A stretch of 64,000 bases of DNA from Candidatus Anderseniibacteriota bacterium. Its GTDB lineage: Bacteria; Patescibacteriota; Andersenbacteria; UBA10190. Numbering within the stretch: position 1 is the first letter of the stretch; the number at the start of each line of letters is the position of its first letter. The stretch lies in assembly GCA_040876835.1 (NCBI GenBank), contig JBBDOX010000007.1, positions 7,916 to 71,915 on the forward strand, written 5' to 3'. The notes under the pieces are model-generated. The model saw nothing but the letters and a program-made list of their open reading frames with translations, ran no database searches and had not been told where the DNA came from. Below are positions 9,172 to 17,745 of the stretch, piece by piece. The position numbers and the translations under genes are program-made.

Positions 9172-10122
9172 ATGTCTCGACGAGTTATAATCATCCTTCT
9201 CGGCATCCTAATCTTGGGAGTTATAGGCGGTACTATCTATCTGGTTGTGCAGCGCTTGAGCGACCCAGGGGAGTCAACTATAGCAACACCGGGATCTGGT
9301 TCACTTCAGGAATCTGGTAGTGGCAGCCAGCAGATTGTTGATCCGACCGGAGATGATGACAACGACGGGCTTACAAACGCAGATGAAGCCCTGTGGGGCA
9401 CCGCCCGGACTAATCCCGACACTGACGGAGATGGATTCCTAGACGGGGATGAGGTGGCGGCCAATCACAATCCAACCATCGCGGGACCCAACGATATTCT
9501 CCCGCCTGATTTTCAGTTAGGTAAAGATATTAACCCCATTGAAGGCACCCCCGATGAGCCCCTCGCCGTTGCACAATTCTTCGTGAATAACCTAGACCTT
9601 TCAGGACCAAAGGAAAATGTAACTGAAGCTTATCAAAGAGCTTACCCGCCGGATCAGCGAACTCCCGAGACATTAAAACAATATGTAAATGAGCAACCGA
9701 TTGTGACTCAGCTACCCGCAGCAACCAGTAATGCCCTGCGACTGGTTAACACCCCCCTCCAACAAACCACCTACCTCTCTACTGCCGATGAAACAGTATC
9801 CTTCTTTTCGAACCAACCGCTTTTTCAATCAGTCATTAACGACCTATTCGGTAAAAATAATACTTCAAGCGTAGAAGGGCTAGCACTAATGGCCCGGATT
9901 CAGCAGGAAGCTCTCATCACGACGGCTGTTCCCCCTGAAGCAGAGAACCTTCACCGCCTCCTGCTGGGATATACCGAACTGTTGGCAGCCACGTTTGATC
10001 AAATGGCCCAATACAACACTGACCGGGTACGGGCTGTGCTGGCAATACGCCAGTGGGAGCAAGCAGATGCTCGATATATCCCTCTCATAAATCAAGAATT
10101 CGATCGCCTGAATACACGTTAA
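9172..10122 (+). CDS. Membrane-anchored protein with thrombospondin-type-3/dockerin-like Ca-binding Asp repeats (paralog A)
   Basis: The N-terminal TM is 'VIIILLGILILGVIGGTIYLVV'. The repeats are 'DPTGDDDNDGLTNADEALWGTARTNPDTDGDGFLDGDEVAANHNPTIAGPND'. The N-terminal half is strikingly similar to the ORF at 12333-13211. Confidence 0.55.
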   Translation: MSRRVIIILLGILILGVIGGTIYLVVQRLSDPGESTIATPGSGSLQESGSGSQQIVDPTGDDDNDGLTNADEALWGTARTNPDTDGDGFLDGDEVAANHNPTIAGPNDILPPDFQLGKDINPIEGTPDEPLAVAQFFVNNLDLSGPKENVTEAYQRAYPPDQRTPETLKQYVNEQPIVTQLPAATSNALRLVNTPLQQTTYLSTADETVSFFSNQPLFQSVINDLFGKNNTSSVEGLALMARIQQEALITTAVPPEAENLHRLLLGYTELLAATFDQMAQYNTDRVRAVLAIRQWEQADARYIPLINQEFDRLNTR

Positions 10123-10131
10123 GGTAATGCG

Positions 10132-11382
10132 ATGATGCCGTATAAGTCATTCCTAGGCATTCTGCTTCTTCTCTCGGGCGCAGCGTTTGCTTACGCAGCT
10201 GATACGGCTACTATACCGCTACCAACCAACACGCACTATGACGCATACATAAGTGCCCGGATTTACGAGAATCCGTTTTCCACTGACCCCACTCAAAGAG
10301 GTCAGGGGCAGGTCAAAGCTGAAACTGATGAGCTTCCCGACGTCAGTATTTTTATCATAAACAAGGATACCTGTTTTGAATCTGCCGGAGACCGGCTATC
10401 ATATCGCATCCTGCTACGCAACAATACGGATTTTCCGGCCAGTCAGTTGTTTTTAACTGATATCTTTCCCGCTTCCGCTCGTGTCATCGAATCTGTACCG
10501 ATCGCGCTTAATCCTCCCGGAACAAATCGTCTGGAATGGAATCAACGAGACAGCGTGCTTCCTCCCCGCGGATTCCTGGAATACTTTTTCACCCTTGAAA
10601 CGGGCAGCACAGCTCCTGAATTTACCAACCAGGCCGAAATAGAGTATGTCACAAATTCCTTAAAGCGCGCCTCGACTACTCATAAAATCATTAATACGTG
10701 CGGAGTACCGGATGTTCCGACTCAACCGCTTCCCAATAAACTTGCAGCCATTGTCTGTGATCGAGCAGAATCGCTATGTGTAAACTTTTTTCCTGAGCTG
10801 GGGGCAAATTTCAAGAAAGCCCAAGATCCAATTAATCAAGCCCGGATTTGCTCGCAGCAACAATATCGTGATTCTGAGCTATGTGTACAAAATCTTCCTA
10901 CCCTAGGGGCGCGCTTTAATGAAGCCAAGCCGGTGATTAAACCCGGAGAGTGTCGAGTGCAAGAAGATCTCCAGCACGAATTTGATCCTCTTGCTATCGG
11001 ACCGCCGGTCGAAAGCACGATCTGCGAATCAAATGGGTATCCTGCCTCTGTGTTAGCTTCTGCTCCTGAGCCGATTAAGGCTACCCGTAACGAAATTCGA
11101 CTACCTGATACCAGCGTTCTTGCGCCTGGTGAAAATACAGTAATTAACGAAGCACTAACGCGCGGATCCGCCTGTTCTGGCGCACCCGGCGACCCGTACT
11201 GGGCCTTTGATTGCTCCTGTAGCTGTAACGACCTTCTGTTTGTGCCGGGGGGACGGTCCGAGGGACGTATTCTAAATTGTCAGCTCATCAAACAAATTAA
11301 TCGAGGAGATATCTATACTACTCAACTCGAGTGCCTGGCTGACATTCGTCATAACCAGGCTCCAACACGAACAAACTTATAA
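10132..11382 (+). CDS. Secreted protein with a DUF11-like beta-sandwich region and a Cys-rich C-terminal tail (hypothetical surface protein)
   Basis: The signal peptide is 'MMPYKSFLGILLLLSGAAFAYA'. 'SYRILLRNNTDFPASQLFLTDIFPASARVIESVP' resembles the DUF11 conserved repeat. The C-terminus has many Cys ('CSGAPGDPYWAFDCSCSCNDL'). Confidence 0.45.
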   Translation: MMPYKSFLGILLLLSGAAFAYAADTATIPLPTNTHYDAYISARIYENPFSTDPTQRGQGQVKAETDELPDVSIFIINKDTCFESAGDRLSYRILLRNNTDFPASQLFLTDIFPASARVIESVPIALNPPGTNRLEWNQRDSVLPPRGFLEYFFTLETGSTAPEFTNQAEIEYVTNSLKRASTTHKIINTCGVPDVPTQPLPNKLAAIVCDRAESLCVNFFPELGANFKKAQDPINQARICSQQQYRDSELCVQNLPTLGARFNEAKPVIKPGECRVQEDLQHEFDPLAIGPPVESTICESNGYPASVLASAPEPIKATRNEIRLPDTSVLAPGENTVINEALTRGSACSGAPGDPYWAFDCSCSCNDLLFVPGGRSEGRILNCQLIKQINRGDIYTTQLECLADIRHNQAPTRTNL

Positions 11383-11387
11383 CGTAA

Positions 11388-11412
11388 GAAAAAACCGCAT
11401 CCAAGAATGCGG
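11388..11412. terminator. Hairpin terminator shared by the convergent genes at 10132-11382 (+) and 11445-12200 (-)
   Basis: A-run 11388-11394, stem 'ccgcat'/'atgcgg', loop 'ccaaga'. On the minus strand the hairpin is followed by 'ttttttctt'. Confidence 0.5.
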
Positions 11413-11444
11413 GTGTGCGCTGCTGTGCTTCCTCTAAGGATGAG

Positions 11445-12200
11445 TCAGCGTCGCTGCGCGGTGCGAGCTACCTGGGTGAACTGCTTATTGGCCGGATCGA
11501 ATCCCACCATCACAGCCACCCGAGCCGGGCCTCGCACTTGTCCACTAAGCGTCGTCAGGCGAAGAGCAACGGTGCCGTCCTTGCCCTCCTCCCACTGAGG
11601 CACGCCCAACAGCAGCGCACCTCCCAAGTAGGGGATTTCGTCCCATTCCTGCTTGGTAGGTGAAAAGGCCAGAATGCCTCGAAACGCCGTGAGCTCTCCC
11701 ATGGGCTCGATGACAGCGAAGTAGTATTCCTGTCCCTCGATTGGCCGCAAGTACATCACCCCGCCCCGCCGACTCGAATTCTCCTTCAGGACGTAGGCAA
11801 GGTCCGAGATCTCAGTGGCGGGTTCGTAGTGGTAGGCGTTAACGCCCGTCACCACGTAGATGCGCGAACCCGACACGAACACTGCTCGCACGGGATCCGG
11901 AAAGCCCCTCAGCTGCCGCCCACCGGGCATCTTCATCAGCTCATGAAGCTGGAGCGGAGCCCGAGCCTGCCGACCAAAACCTGAGCTAGTGCGCAGTTTG
12001 GCCAGATTTTCTGCCTGTTCGCGCTCGGTTTCGGCGCGACCACCCCACGCGCGGATGAGGGTGCAAGTTCCCAGGCTGGTCTTGATCTCGGTGGCCTGAA
12101 ACTTTCCTTCAGCAGGAACGTCGGGCACCTCCGCCAGCAGGGGAACAGAGCAACACAGAAAAAGCGCTGCCGCCAGCACGATTGCAACGAGGATCTTCAT
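11445..12200 (-). CDS. Putative secreted lipoprotein encoded by a compositionally foreign gene (GC roughly 60%, high GC3)
   Basis: A 251 aa ORF with signal peptide 'MKILVAIVLAAALFLCCS' (lipobox-like LFLC). Codons are dominated by ctg/gcc/ggc/atc, whereas the window background is about 48% GC. The RBS 'ggaga' lies 5 nt upstream of the ATG. Confidence 0.55.
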   Translation of the reverse strand: MKILVAIVLAAALFLCCSVPLLAEVPDVPAEGKFQATEIKTSLGTCTLIRAWGGRAETEREQAENLAKLRTSSGFGRQARAPLQLHELMKMPGGRQLRGFPDPVRAVFVSGSRIYVVTGVNAYHYEPATEISDLAYVLKENSSRRGGVMYLRPIEGQEYYFAVIEPMGELTAFRGILAFSPTKQEWDEIPYLGGALLLGVPQWEEGKDGTVALRLTTLSGQVRGPARVAVMVGFDPANKQFTQVARTAQRR

Positions 12201-12282
12201 TGCGTTCTCCAGGTTTCCAAAGGAACAGGAGCCCTCGTGGCTTAATTACGCCCATCCTTTCTTCTCTCTACTATATAACATA

Positions 12283-12300
12283 TCTCCTGTCAACAGGAGA
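12283..12300. promoter_or_regulatory. 18 bp perfect palindrome TCTCCTGTCAACAGGAGA overlapping the promoter of paralog B
   Basis: Perfect dyad symmetry lies about 33 bp upstream of the start at 12333, next to the -10-like 'tatataac'. Confidence 0.4.
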
Positions 12301-12332
12301 AGCAATAGAATATCTCATGGTATGATTCATGA

Positions 12333-13211
12333 ATGAGCACTGCGAACGCTTTAGGAGTGAAGGTTGCCCTTATTACTACGATTGTCGTCCTGGCTATCTT
12401 TGGGATATTTATAGGAGCAAAAAAGCTGTTCTTTACTCCCGTGGAAGAACCAACTTTACCGTCAGTAAATTCTCCTGCAATTGAAGCTGAAGATCGGGAT
12501 AAAGACGGCCTCCCTGACCTCATTGAAAATATCTATAAATCAGACCCGGATAACCCCGACACTGACGGGGATGGTACATTAGATGGAGACGAGATCGCTC
12601 TTCAACGGGATCCGACACTACCCGGCCCGAACGACCAGTTTTCGGTTGATTTCATTACTCAATCAGGCATTTATTCTGATACTTTCACTTCTCGGTATCT
12701 TCAAACTCTCCCTCCGGATGTCTCTCGCCAAAGTATTTTAGATAAAAACCAAGTGGCCGCTTTCGTAGAAGCGAATAAAGGTATCCTCCTGCCGGACGTG
12801 GCTGTCACGATTGTTCCCGGGGAGGGGAAAGAAGTTGTTCAAGCCTACCTGGAAGCGATTTCTGCCACCCATAATACCGCTATAGTGCCTATCACCAGCA
12901 CCGACATTGATACAGCATTTCGACAGCACTACACATTAAATAATCCTGCTCCCTTAGAGGGAATTATCGCGCAACTTGAACAAAACGTAGGGACACTCGA
13001 GAACGTTGCTGCCCCCAGTGAGGTAGAGGAGCTGCATATTCAGCTTGTTTCAGCCTCTCAGGCCCTGCTTAACAACTCACAGCTTCTTCAAGGTATTCAC
13101 GAAGACTTTGTTGGTGGACTCATTGGAGCCCGTAATATAGAGGAGCTTGGTGCCGTATTCCAAGCTACAGCTGAAAAGATTATTGCTCTCGAACAACAGT
13201 ACGAGCTATAG
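12333..13211 (+). CDS. Membrane-anchored protein with thrombospondin-type-3/dockerin-like Ca-binding Asp repeats (paralog B)
   Basis: The TM is 'VALITTIVVLAIFGIFIGA'. The repeats are 'DRDKDGLPDLIENIYKSDPDNPDTDGDGTLDGDEIALQRDPTLPGPND', parallel to paralog A. Confidence 0.55.
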   Translation: MSTANALGVKVALITTIVVLAIFGIFIGAKKLFFTPVEEPTLPSVNSPAIEAEDRDKDGLPDLIENIYKSDPDNPDTDGDGTLDGDEIALQRDPTLPGPNDQFSVDFITQSGIYSDTFTSRYLQTLPPDVSRQSILDKNQVAAFVEANKGILLPDVAVTIVPGEGKEVVQAYLEAISATHNTAIVPITSTDIDTAFRQHYTLNNPAPLEGIIAQLEQNVGTLENVAAPSEVEELHIQLVSASQALLNNSQLLQGIHEDFVGGLIGARNIEELGAVFQATAEKIIALEQQYEL

Positions 13212-13231
13212 ATATATCTCGCGAGGAGAGT

Positions 13232-14629
13232 GTGATATACTATTTTCATATTAGAGGTCGTATGCAAAGCTATTTTCTGACTAGGGGAAACTCTTTTTTA
13301 GTAGGCATTCTTTTTTGCCTCATAGCATTTTTAGTTCCCCGAGCTGCTTTCGCCGACCCTCACGCTCTGTTCTACACCACCGTAGGGCAACAACAACTCT
13401 TCTTTAATACCCTGGCGGCTCTGGATCAGGCTGATTATGTCGAGCCAAATACTAACAGGCAGGAGCTAGTGCAACAACGGACTGCTACCGGATTCAGTGA
13501 AACGTCTGATCCGTCCATCACTGCCACACATACTGATCTGGCAAGTATTTTGACGCGCAGCATTACACTTGAAGGACAGGATCTCTGGACAGCATATATC
13601 CAATACCAGTTCGCCCTCGAGGATTTTCGACGAGATAACACGAGTGCGCTTGTAACATTGTTTTGTGAACGCGGTTTAGGAGTACTTGGCTGTAAACAGG
13701 GAGAAGAGAAGAATCCAAAGAATGCACAGTTGCGATTGGAGGCAGCATACAACAGTAATCCGTTGGCCGAGGAAGAATATAGACGTGACGCCGGCAATGC
13801 CGCTCTAGCTTCGGGTACGGCTGCCGATCAAGCTGACAGACGGGAGATTCTAAAAGGAAGCCCGGTAAATCCTAACGTATACAGACCATATAGCCCTGAT
13901 ATTGCCCAGTTGCGGAGCACTGCAAACACTTCCGAAAAAGCGGCGGCTGTTGATCGTCTCGTCGCGTCGGCAACTAGCTCTGATGGGAGCGTTTCAACAC
14001 TTTTTAAGGGCTTAGAGATTAATGGGGGTAGGGCATCTCTACCGCCGGGAGCTTCTTTAGACGCATACATGAGTAAAATGTCTGCCGCCATTAGCGCCCC
14101 CGCTCAAATTGACAACATTCGAGACCGAGCTGAGGCTAAGGCTAAAACTGTAAATGAAGAAGTCAATGTCGATGGAGCCTTAGCTGATGTCAGACCTAAG
14201 TTAAATGTTTACAGAGGAACAATCGGTACGATTGACAAGCAAATTGTCAGCCCGGCCTGGAACAAAAAGGCGGAAGGTGAGCAAGCAGTTGCAGCTGCCG
14301 CTGTCACAGAAACCAACTCTATTTATACTGATCCAAACACTGGCGCCGCAAGAGATCAGCGTCTTGTCAAGGAGGGTGAGCGCAGTGGTGTTGCCGGAGC
14401 TACCACGGATAAAACAATAGCAACGGGACAGGTATTAGCCGCTACCGACTTTCCCGACCCTACTCCTCAACCAAGAACACCCATAAATGACCCCGCTGCC
14501 TTTTTCCACGAAGTACCGATAAAACGTTTTTACTCTCTAAACCGAGGCGGAAATCAACGGGGGGGCTGCCAGTGTTCCCTTGATGGAATTGTTAGTGGTT
14601 TCGGGAACGATATTCTTAACAATCCGTGA
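13232..14629 (+). CDS. Secreted/surface protein, hypothetical (first gene of the T4SS-like locus)
   Basis: A 465 aa product with N-terminal signal/TM 'FLVGILFCLIAFLVPRAAFA' and a C-terminal 'GGCQCSLDG' motif. The ATG at 13262 with RBS 'agagg' is an alternative start. Confidence 0.45.
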   Translation: MIYYFHIRGRMQSYFLTRGNSFLVGILFCLIAFLVPRAAFADPHALFYTTVGQQQLFFNTLAALDQADYVEPNTNRQELVQQRTATGFSETSDPSITATHTDLASILTRSITLEGQDLWTAYIQYQFALEDFRRDNTSALVTLFCERGLGVLGCKQGEEKNPKNAQLRLEAAYNSNPLAEEEYRRDAGNAALASGTAADQADRREILKGSPVNPNVYRPYSPDIAQLRSTANTSEKAAAVDRLVASATSSDGSVSTLFKGLEINGGRASLPPGASLDAYMSKMSAAISAPAQIDNIRDRAEAKAKTVNEEVNVDGALADVRPKLNVYRGTIGTIDKQIVSPAWNKKAEGEQAVAAAAVTETNSIYTDPNTGAARDQRLVKEGERSGVAGATTDKTIATGQVLAATDFPDPTPQPRTPINDPAAFFHEVPIKRFYSLNRGGNQRGGCQCSLDGIVSGFGNDILNNP

Positions 14630-16794
14630 TGAGTAGCTCTTTTCTCAAACTCTCAGGAGTAGGCATAGGAACTTTTCTGATACTCGTACTGCCGCTGTAC
14701 GCTGATGCACAAGCAGTGCAAAGAACAAGAGTGGGGGACCTAGAAGCCCCTTTGGAGCTCGGAACAATCACTGGTCAACAGTTGAAAGATAAAGGATGTG
14801 TAGTCAAGGACCGGATTGATGTTGAGGGCGCCTCAACCGCTATAGATCTGGTTGATAGGCCTGTTGGTTGGAGATATGTGTACCCTGCGGATATCAGTGA
14901 CTATATCGACGATAGCATAGGAATTGACTTCGAGCATCCTGTTTTCTTTTTCTGTGAACCAGGGGTAGTAAGTAAAGACCTTGCTCCAGACGAAGACGCG
15001 GATGATGGTTGGTTGGGCGAAAAAACTCTTGTTCGCTGGGCAATAATGGAGATAGCTCGAGCTGTTGCCCAAGTTGGTTTATGGGTCCTGGCTTTAGGGG
15101 GCGCTCTTTTGGGCTGGTCTCTAGGTATTAGAAATTACGCCAGCAGCGATATTGTGCAAAATGGCTGGCCTTTTGTTCAAGGCATTGCGAACCTTGGATT
15201 TATTGTTGCCTTATTGGCTATTGCCCTTCTTATGACCTTGCGCATTGAAGTGGGTGGTGGGGTAAAGAGGTTGCTGCCACGCCTATTTATCGCAGCTCTC
15301 CTTATTAACTTTAGTCTTCTGTTTGGAGAAATCATTATTGATAGTACTCGTCTGCTAATGGCAATCATGATGAGGGCGATCACGGGCAGTAGAGGAGTGA
15401 CGTTTGTAAACTTAGGTACAGAGATTGTTCGAGGATCCGACCTTCTTAATGAATTATTTCACATTGGCACTGCTGGCCCCATCCCAGGATTTGCTTGGAA
15501 AGAAACAGTTGCCACTAATGATCAGAATGTGTTGCGTAGCATTCAAGCTGCAATTCTGGTCTGGGCTGTGGCTATTTCCGTTTTCTTTATTGCAGCCGCT
15601 TTAATAGTTCGCTTTATTATTCTTCTCATTTTACTGATCGCCTCTCCGGCCGCTTACTTAGGCATGGCGATTCCAGGAGCTAAACAGTTAACGGACAAAT
15701 GGTGGTCAAACTTTCTTAAGTGGGCCTTCTTCGGACCAATTTCTTTATTCTTCCTCCTTCTTCTTATTCGCACCACGAACTCTAGTATCGTATCAACGGG
15801 GGTAAAACCGGGCGCGCTTGAAGGGGGAATCATTCCGATTATATTCACAGTAGTAATGTCCGTTATTGCAGTTATAGGAGGATTTCAACTAGGCGGCGTG
15901 GGAAGTGCTGCGACTATGAATGCTATTAAAAAAGGTACCGGGAAGATGGGTCGCGGAGCATATATTGCCACGGGTGCCAGGGGTGGGGTGCGGCAAGTTC
16001 GCGACTTTAGTCGTGAACTAAAGAGCGATGTGGCGAAATCAGCTCGCTCCGGAAAGATGTTTGGTGAGGGCAGGGGCCAAGCAGCTCGTAGTTCCGCTTC
16101 CTGGGTAGCTCGCTTTGTTGCCGGTCCAAAACGTAATGCGGATGGCACACTCGCGAAGGGTGAAACATCTATGGGTACACGCGCGGGTAGCGCAATTGCA
16201 CGACGACTTCCAAGCGGCGCCGGGGATAGGGAATCTATTGCTGCAGCAAGAAAAATAGTCAGCAACAAGAGCAGTCGATCAAATCTACGAGAGGCGACCC
16301 GAACCGAAGAAGCTGCTAAGAAAGCTGAGGCAAGTGGTGATACGGCTGGGGCTCAATCTCTGAGAGATCAAGCTCAAGTTCATCGTGATGCAGGGTTAGG
16401 CGCCCTCTTGAAGCAAGCTGGTCTTGATCGCAATAATCCAGCTGATCAGGGCAAGATCATTGCAAAACTTTCAGACAGCAACTTTATCTTGAATGTACCG
16501 CCCGAGGCCTTAAAAGGCTTTATGGAACACGGCACCGATGGGGAGAAAAATGCTGTTGGAGCCGCCCTGGCTACAGCGGATATGTCTGCTGTGACGCCAA
16601 ATAAACGTAAGGAGGTAATTAAAGCTGTTGTTGACTCCGGCAACACGCAAATTCTGAAGACTGTAGTTAACAATGTTGATTTTGTTGAGCATATGGGTGG
16701 AAGCGATAAAGCAAAAGTCTTCCAGCTGGACGACCAAGCACTGACAACACGTCTTGTACGAACTATGCGTACTGCGGAGCAAAGAAAAAAATAG
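14626..16794 (+). CDS. VirB6/TrbL-like polytopic membrane protein (T4SS channel component candidate) with a long basic disordered C-terminal tail
   Basis: A signal peptide is followed by at least 6 hydrophobic helices (for example 'GLWVLALGGALLGWSLGI', 'LGFIVALLAIALLMTLRI', 'LFIAALLINFSLLFGEIIIDSTRLLMAIMM'). The last 300 aa or so are rich in K/R/A/G. Gene order matches PrgH-PrgI-PrgJ of Gram-positive T4SSs. Confidence 0.5.
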   Translation: MMSSSFLKLSGVGIGTFLILVLPLYADAQAVQRTRVGDLEAPLELGTITGQQLKDKGCVVKDRIDVEGASTAIDLVDRPVGWRYVYPADISDYIDDSIGIDFEHPVFFFCEPGVVSKDLAPDEDADDGWLGEKTLVRWAIMEIARAVAQVGLWVLALGGALLGWSLGIRNYASSDIVQNGWPFVQGIANLGFIVALLAIALLMTLRIEVGGGVKRLLPRLFIAALLINFSLLFGEIIIDSTRLLMAIMMRAITGSRGVTFVNLGTEIVRGSDLLNELFHIGTAGPIPGFAWKETVATNDQNVLRSIQAAILVWAVAISVFFIAAALIVRFIILLILLIASPAAYLGMAIPGAKQLTDKWWSNFLKWAFFGPISLFFLLLLIRTTNSSIVSTGVKPGALEGGIIPIIFTVVMSVIAVIGGFQLGGVGSAATMNAIKKGTGKMGRGAYIATGARGGVRQVRDFSRELKSDVAKSARSGKMFGEGRGQAARSSASWVARFVAGPKRNADGTLAKGETSMGTRAGSAIARRLPSGAGDRESIAAARKIVSNKSSRSNLREATRTEEAAKKAEASGDTAGAQSLRDQAQVHRDAGLGALLKQAGLDRNNPADQGKIIAKLSDSNFILNVPPEALKGFMEHGTDGEKNAVGAALATADMSAVTPNKRKEVIKAVVDSGNTQILKTVVNNVDFVEHMGGSDKAKVFQLDDQALTTRLVRTMRTAEQRKK

Positions 16795-16797
16795 CCT

Positions 16798-17259
16798 ATG
16801 CTTTTACCTCAGGATCCATACCTTAGTACTCCCGCCGGCTCCATCGCGATAATGACAGATGAAGCGCGAGAAGGAGCGTACATAGAAAAATTGCACGGGC
16901 TCCCTCCGCAATCGTTTGAACTTGCAACTTCGATGAAAACTGGAGCGTTTATACGCGGCGTGGTGAAGCAGTTCAATATTCCCGTTGAACGTTCTCCATT
17001 TGTTGCATTTGCTGTCTTACAAATTCTGGTGAAGGAAAGATCCTTAGCTGGATTGGCGCCCACCCTCTCTTCCACTGCCAACTTCCCACAGCAAATTTCG
17101 CAGCAAGTTGCTCGGGAAATTGAACGGGAGCTGTTTTCATTAATTGGATCGGAGTTATCTCAATCGTCAAACACCCAACAGCGCAACCCCCAAGTTAACC
17201 TGAACAATGTTTTGGATCTTAAACAAGCTCCTCCCAAACCTCCAGAAGTTCCTCGCTAG
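16798..17259 (+). CDS. Hypothetical protein inside the T4SS-like operon
   Basis: A 153 aa ORF tightly packed between the VirB6-like and PrgI-like genes. No recognisable motif. Confidence 0.4.
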   Translation: MLLPQDPYLSTPAGSIAIMTDEAREGAYIEKLHGLPPQSFELATSMKTGAFIRGVVKQFNIPVERSPFVAFAVLQILVKERSLAGLAPTLSSTANFPQQISQQVAREIERELFSLIGSELSQSSNTQQRNPQVNLNNVLDLKQAPPKPPEVPR

Positions 17260-17268
17260 AAGCAAGGC

Positions 17269-17721
17269 ATGCGCTTTCAAGTACCACAATTCGTATATGT
17301 TGAGGACAAGGTTATAGGACCTTTTACTCTGAAGCAGTTTTTTATGTACATCGGGGCAGCGATGGTGCTTGTCCCTGTATACATTTTCTCCGACCTGTCT
17401 CTCTTTATTACGGTTGCAATTCCGGTGGCCGGCACCGCTGCGGCATTTGCTCACTTTAAGATTAACAACAAAAGCCTGTTTACCGTCATCACGAATGCCC
17501 TGGGATACTACACATCTTCACCGGTTTATGTATGGCAACGTACGAATAAACTGCAGCCTTTGAAAATCACCGACCCGGCGTGGGATGAGATAGCCACCGC
17601 TAGCCAGCTGGGGGAAAAAGCATCCCCCCTAGCCGCACAATTGAGGGCCCTGGAGACGTCAGGTAACGTCGTTAATAGCGATGACGTTGCAGATGCGCTG
17701 GATCCGGAAGCAACCCCATAA
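17269..17721 (+). CDS. PrgI/VirB3-like small membrane protein
   Basis: The N-terminus 'MRFQVPQFVYVEDKVIGPFTLKQFFMYIGAAMVLVPVYIF' matches the PrgI-family pattern: a conserved VP...D.IfGplTlrQ segment followed by 2 TM helices. It sits immediately upstream of VirB4. Confidence 0.55.
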   Translation: MRFQVPQFVYVEDKVIGPFTLKQFFMYIGAAMVLVPVYIFSDLSLFITVAIPVAGTAAAFAHFKINNKSLFTVITNALGYYTSSPVYVWQRTNKLQPLKITDPAWDEIATASQLGEKASPLAAQLRALETSGNVVNSDDVADALDPEATP

Positions 17722-17745
17722 GCCATGCTATACTAGTCAGACGCT

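Noticed and set aside
11407-12187. Several short ORFs on the + strand and in other frames inside the GC-rich segment (11407-11598, 11415-11663, 11936-12187)
   Set aside because: High-GC DNA yields long spurious open frames. Only the 251 aa minus-strand frame has a signal peptide, RBS and terminator.
13232-14629. Whether the 465 aa secreted protein is a paralog of the DUF11-like 416 aa protein (10132-11382), mirroring the duplication of their upstream partners
   Set aside because: No convincing shared motifs were visible beyond a signal peptide and a Cys-rich C-terminus, so they are left as unrelated partners.
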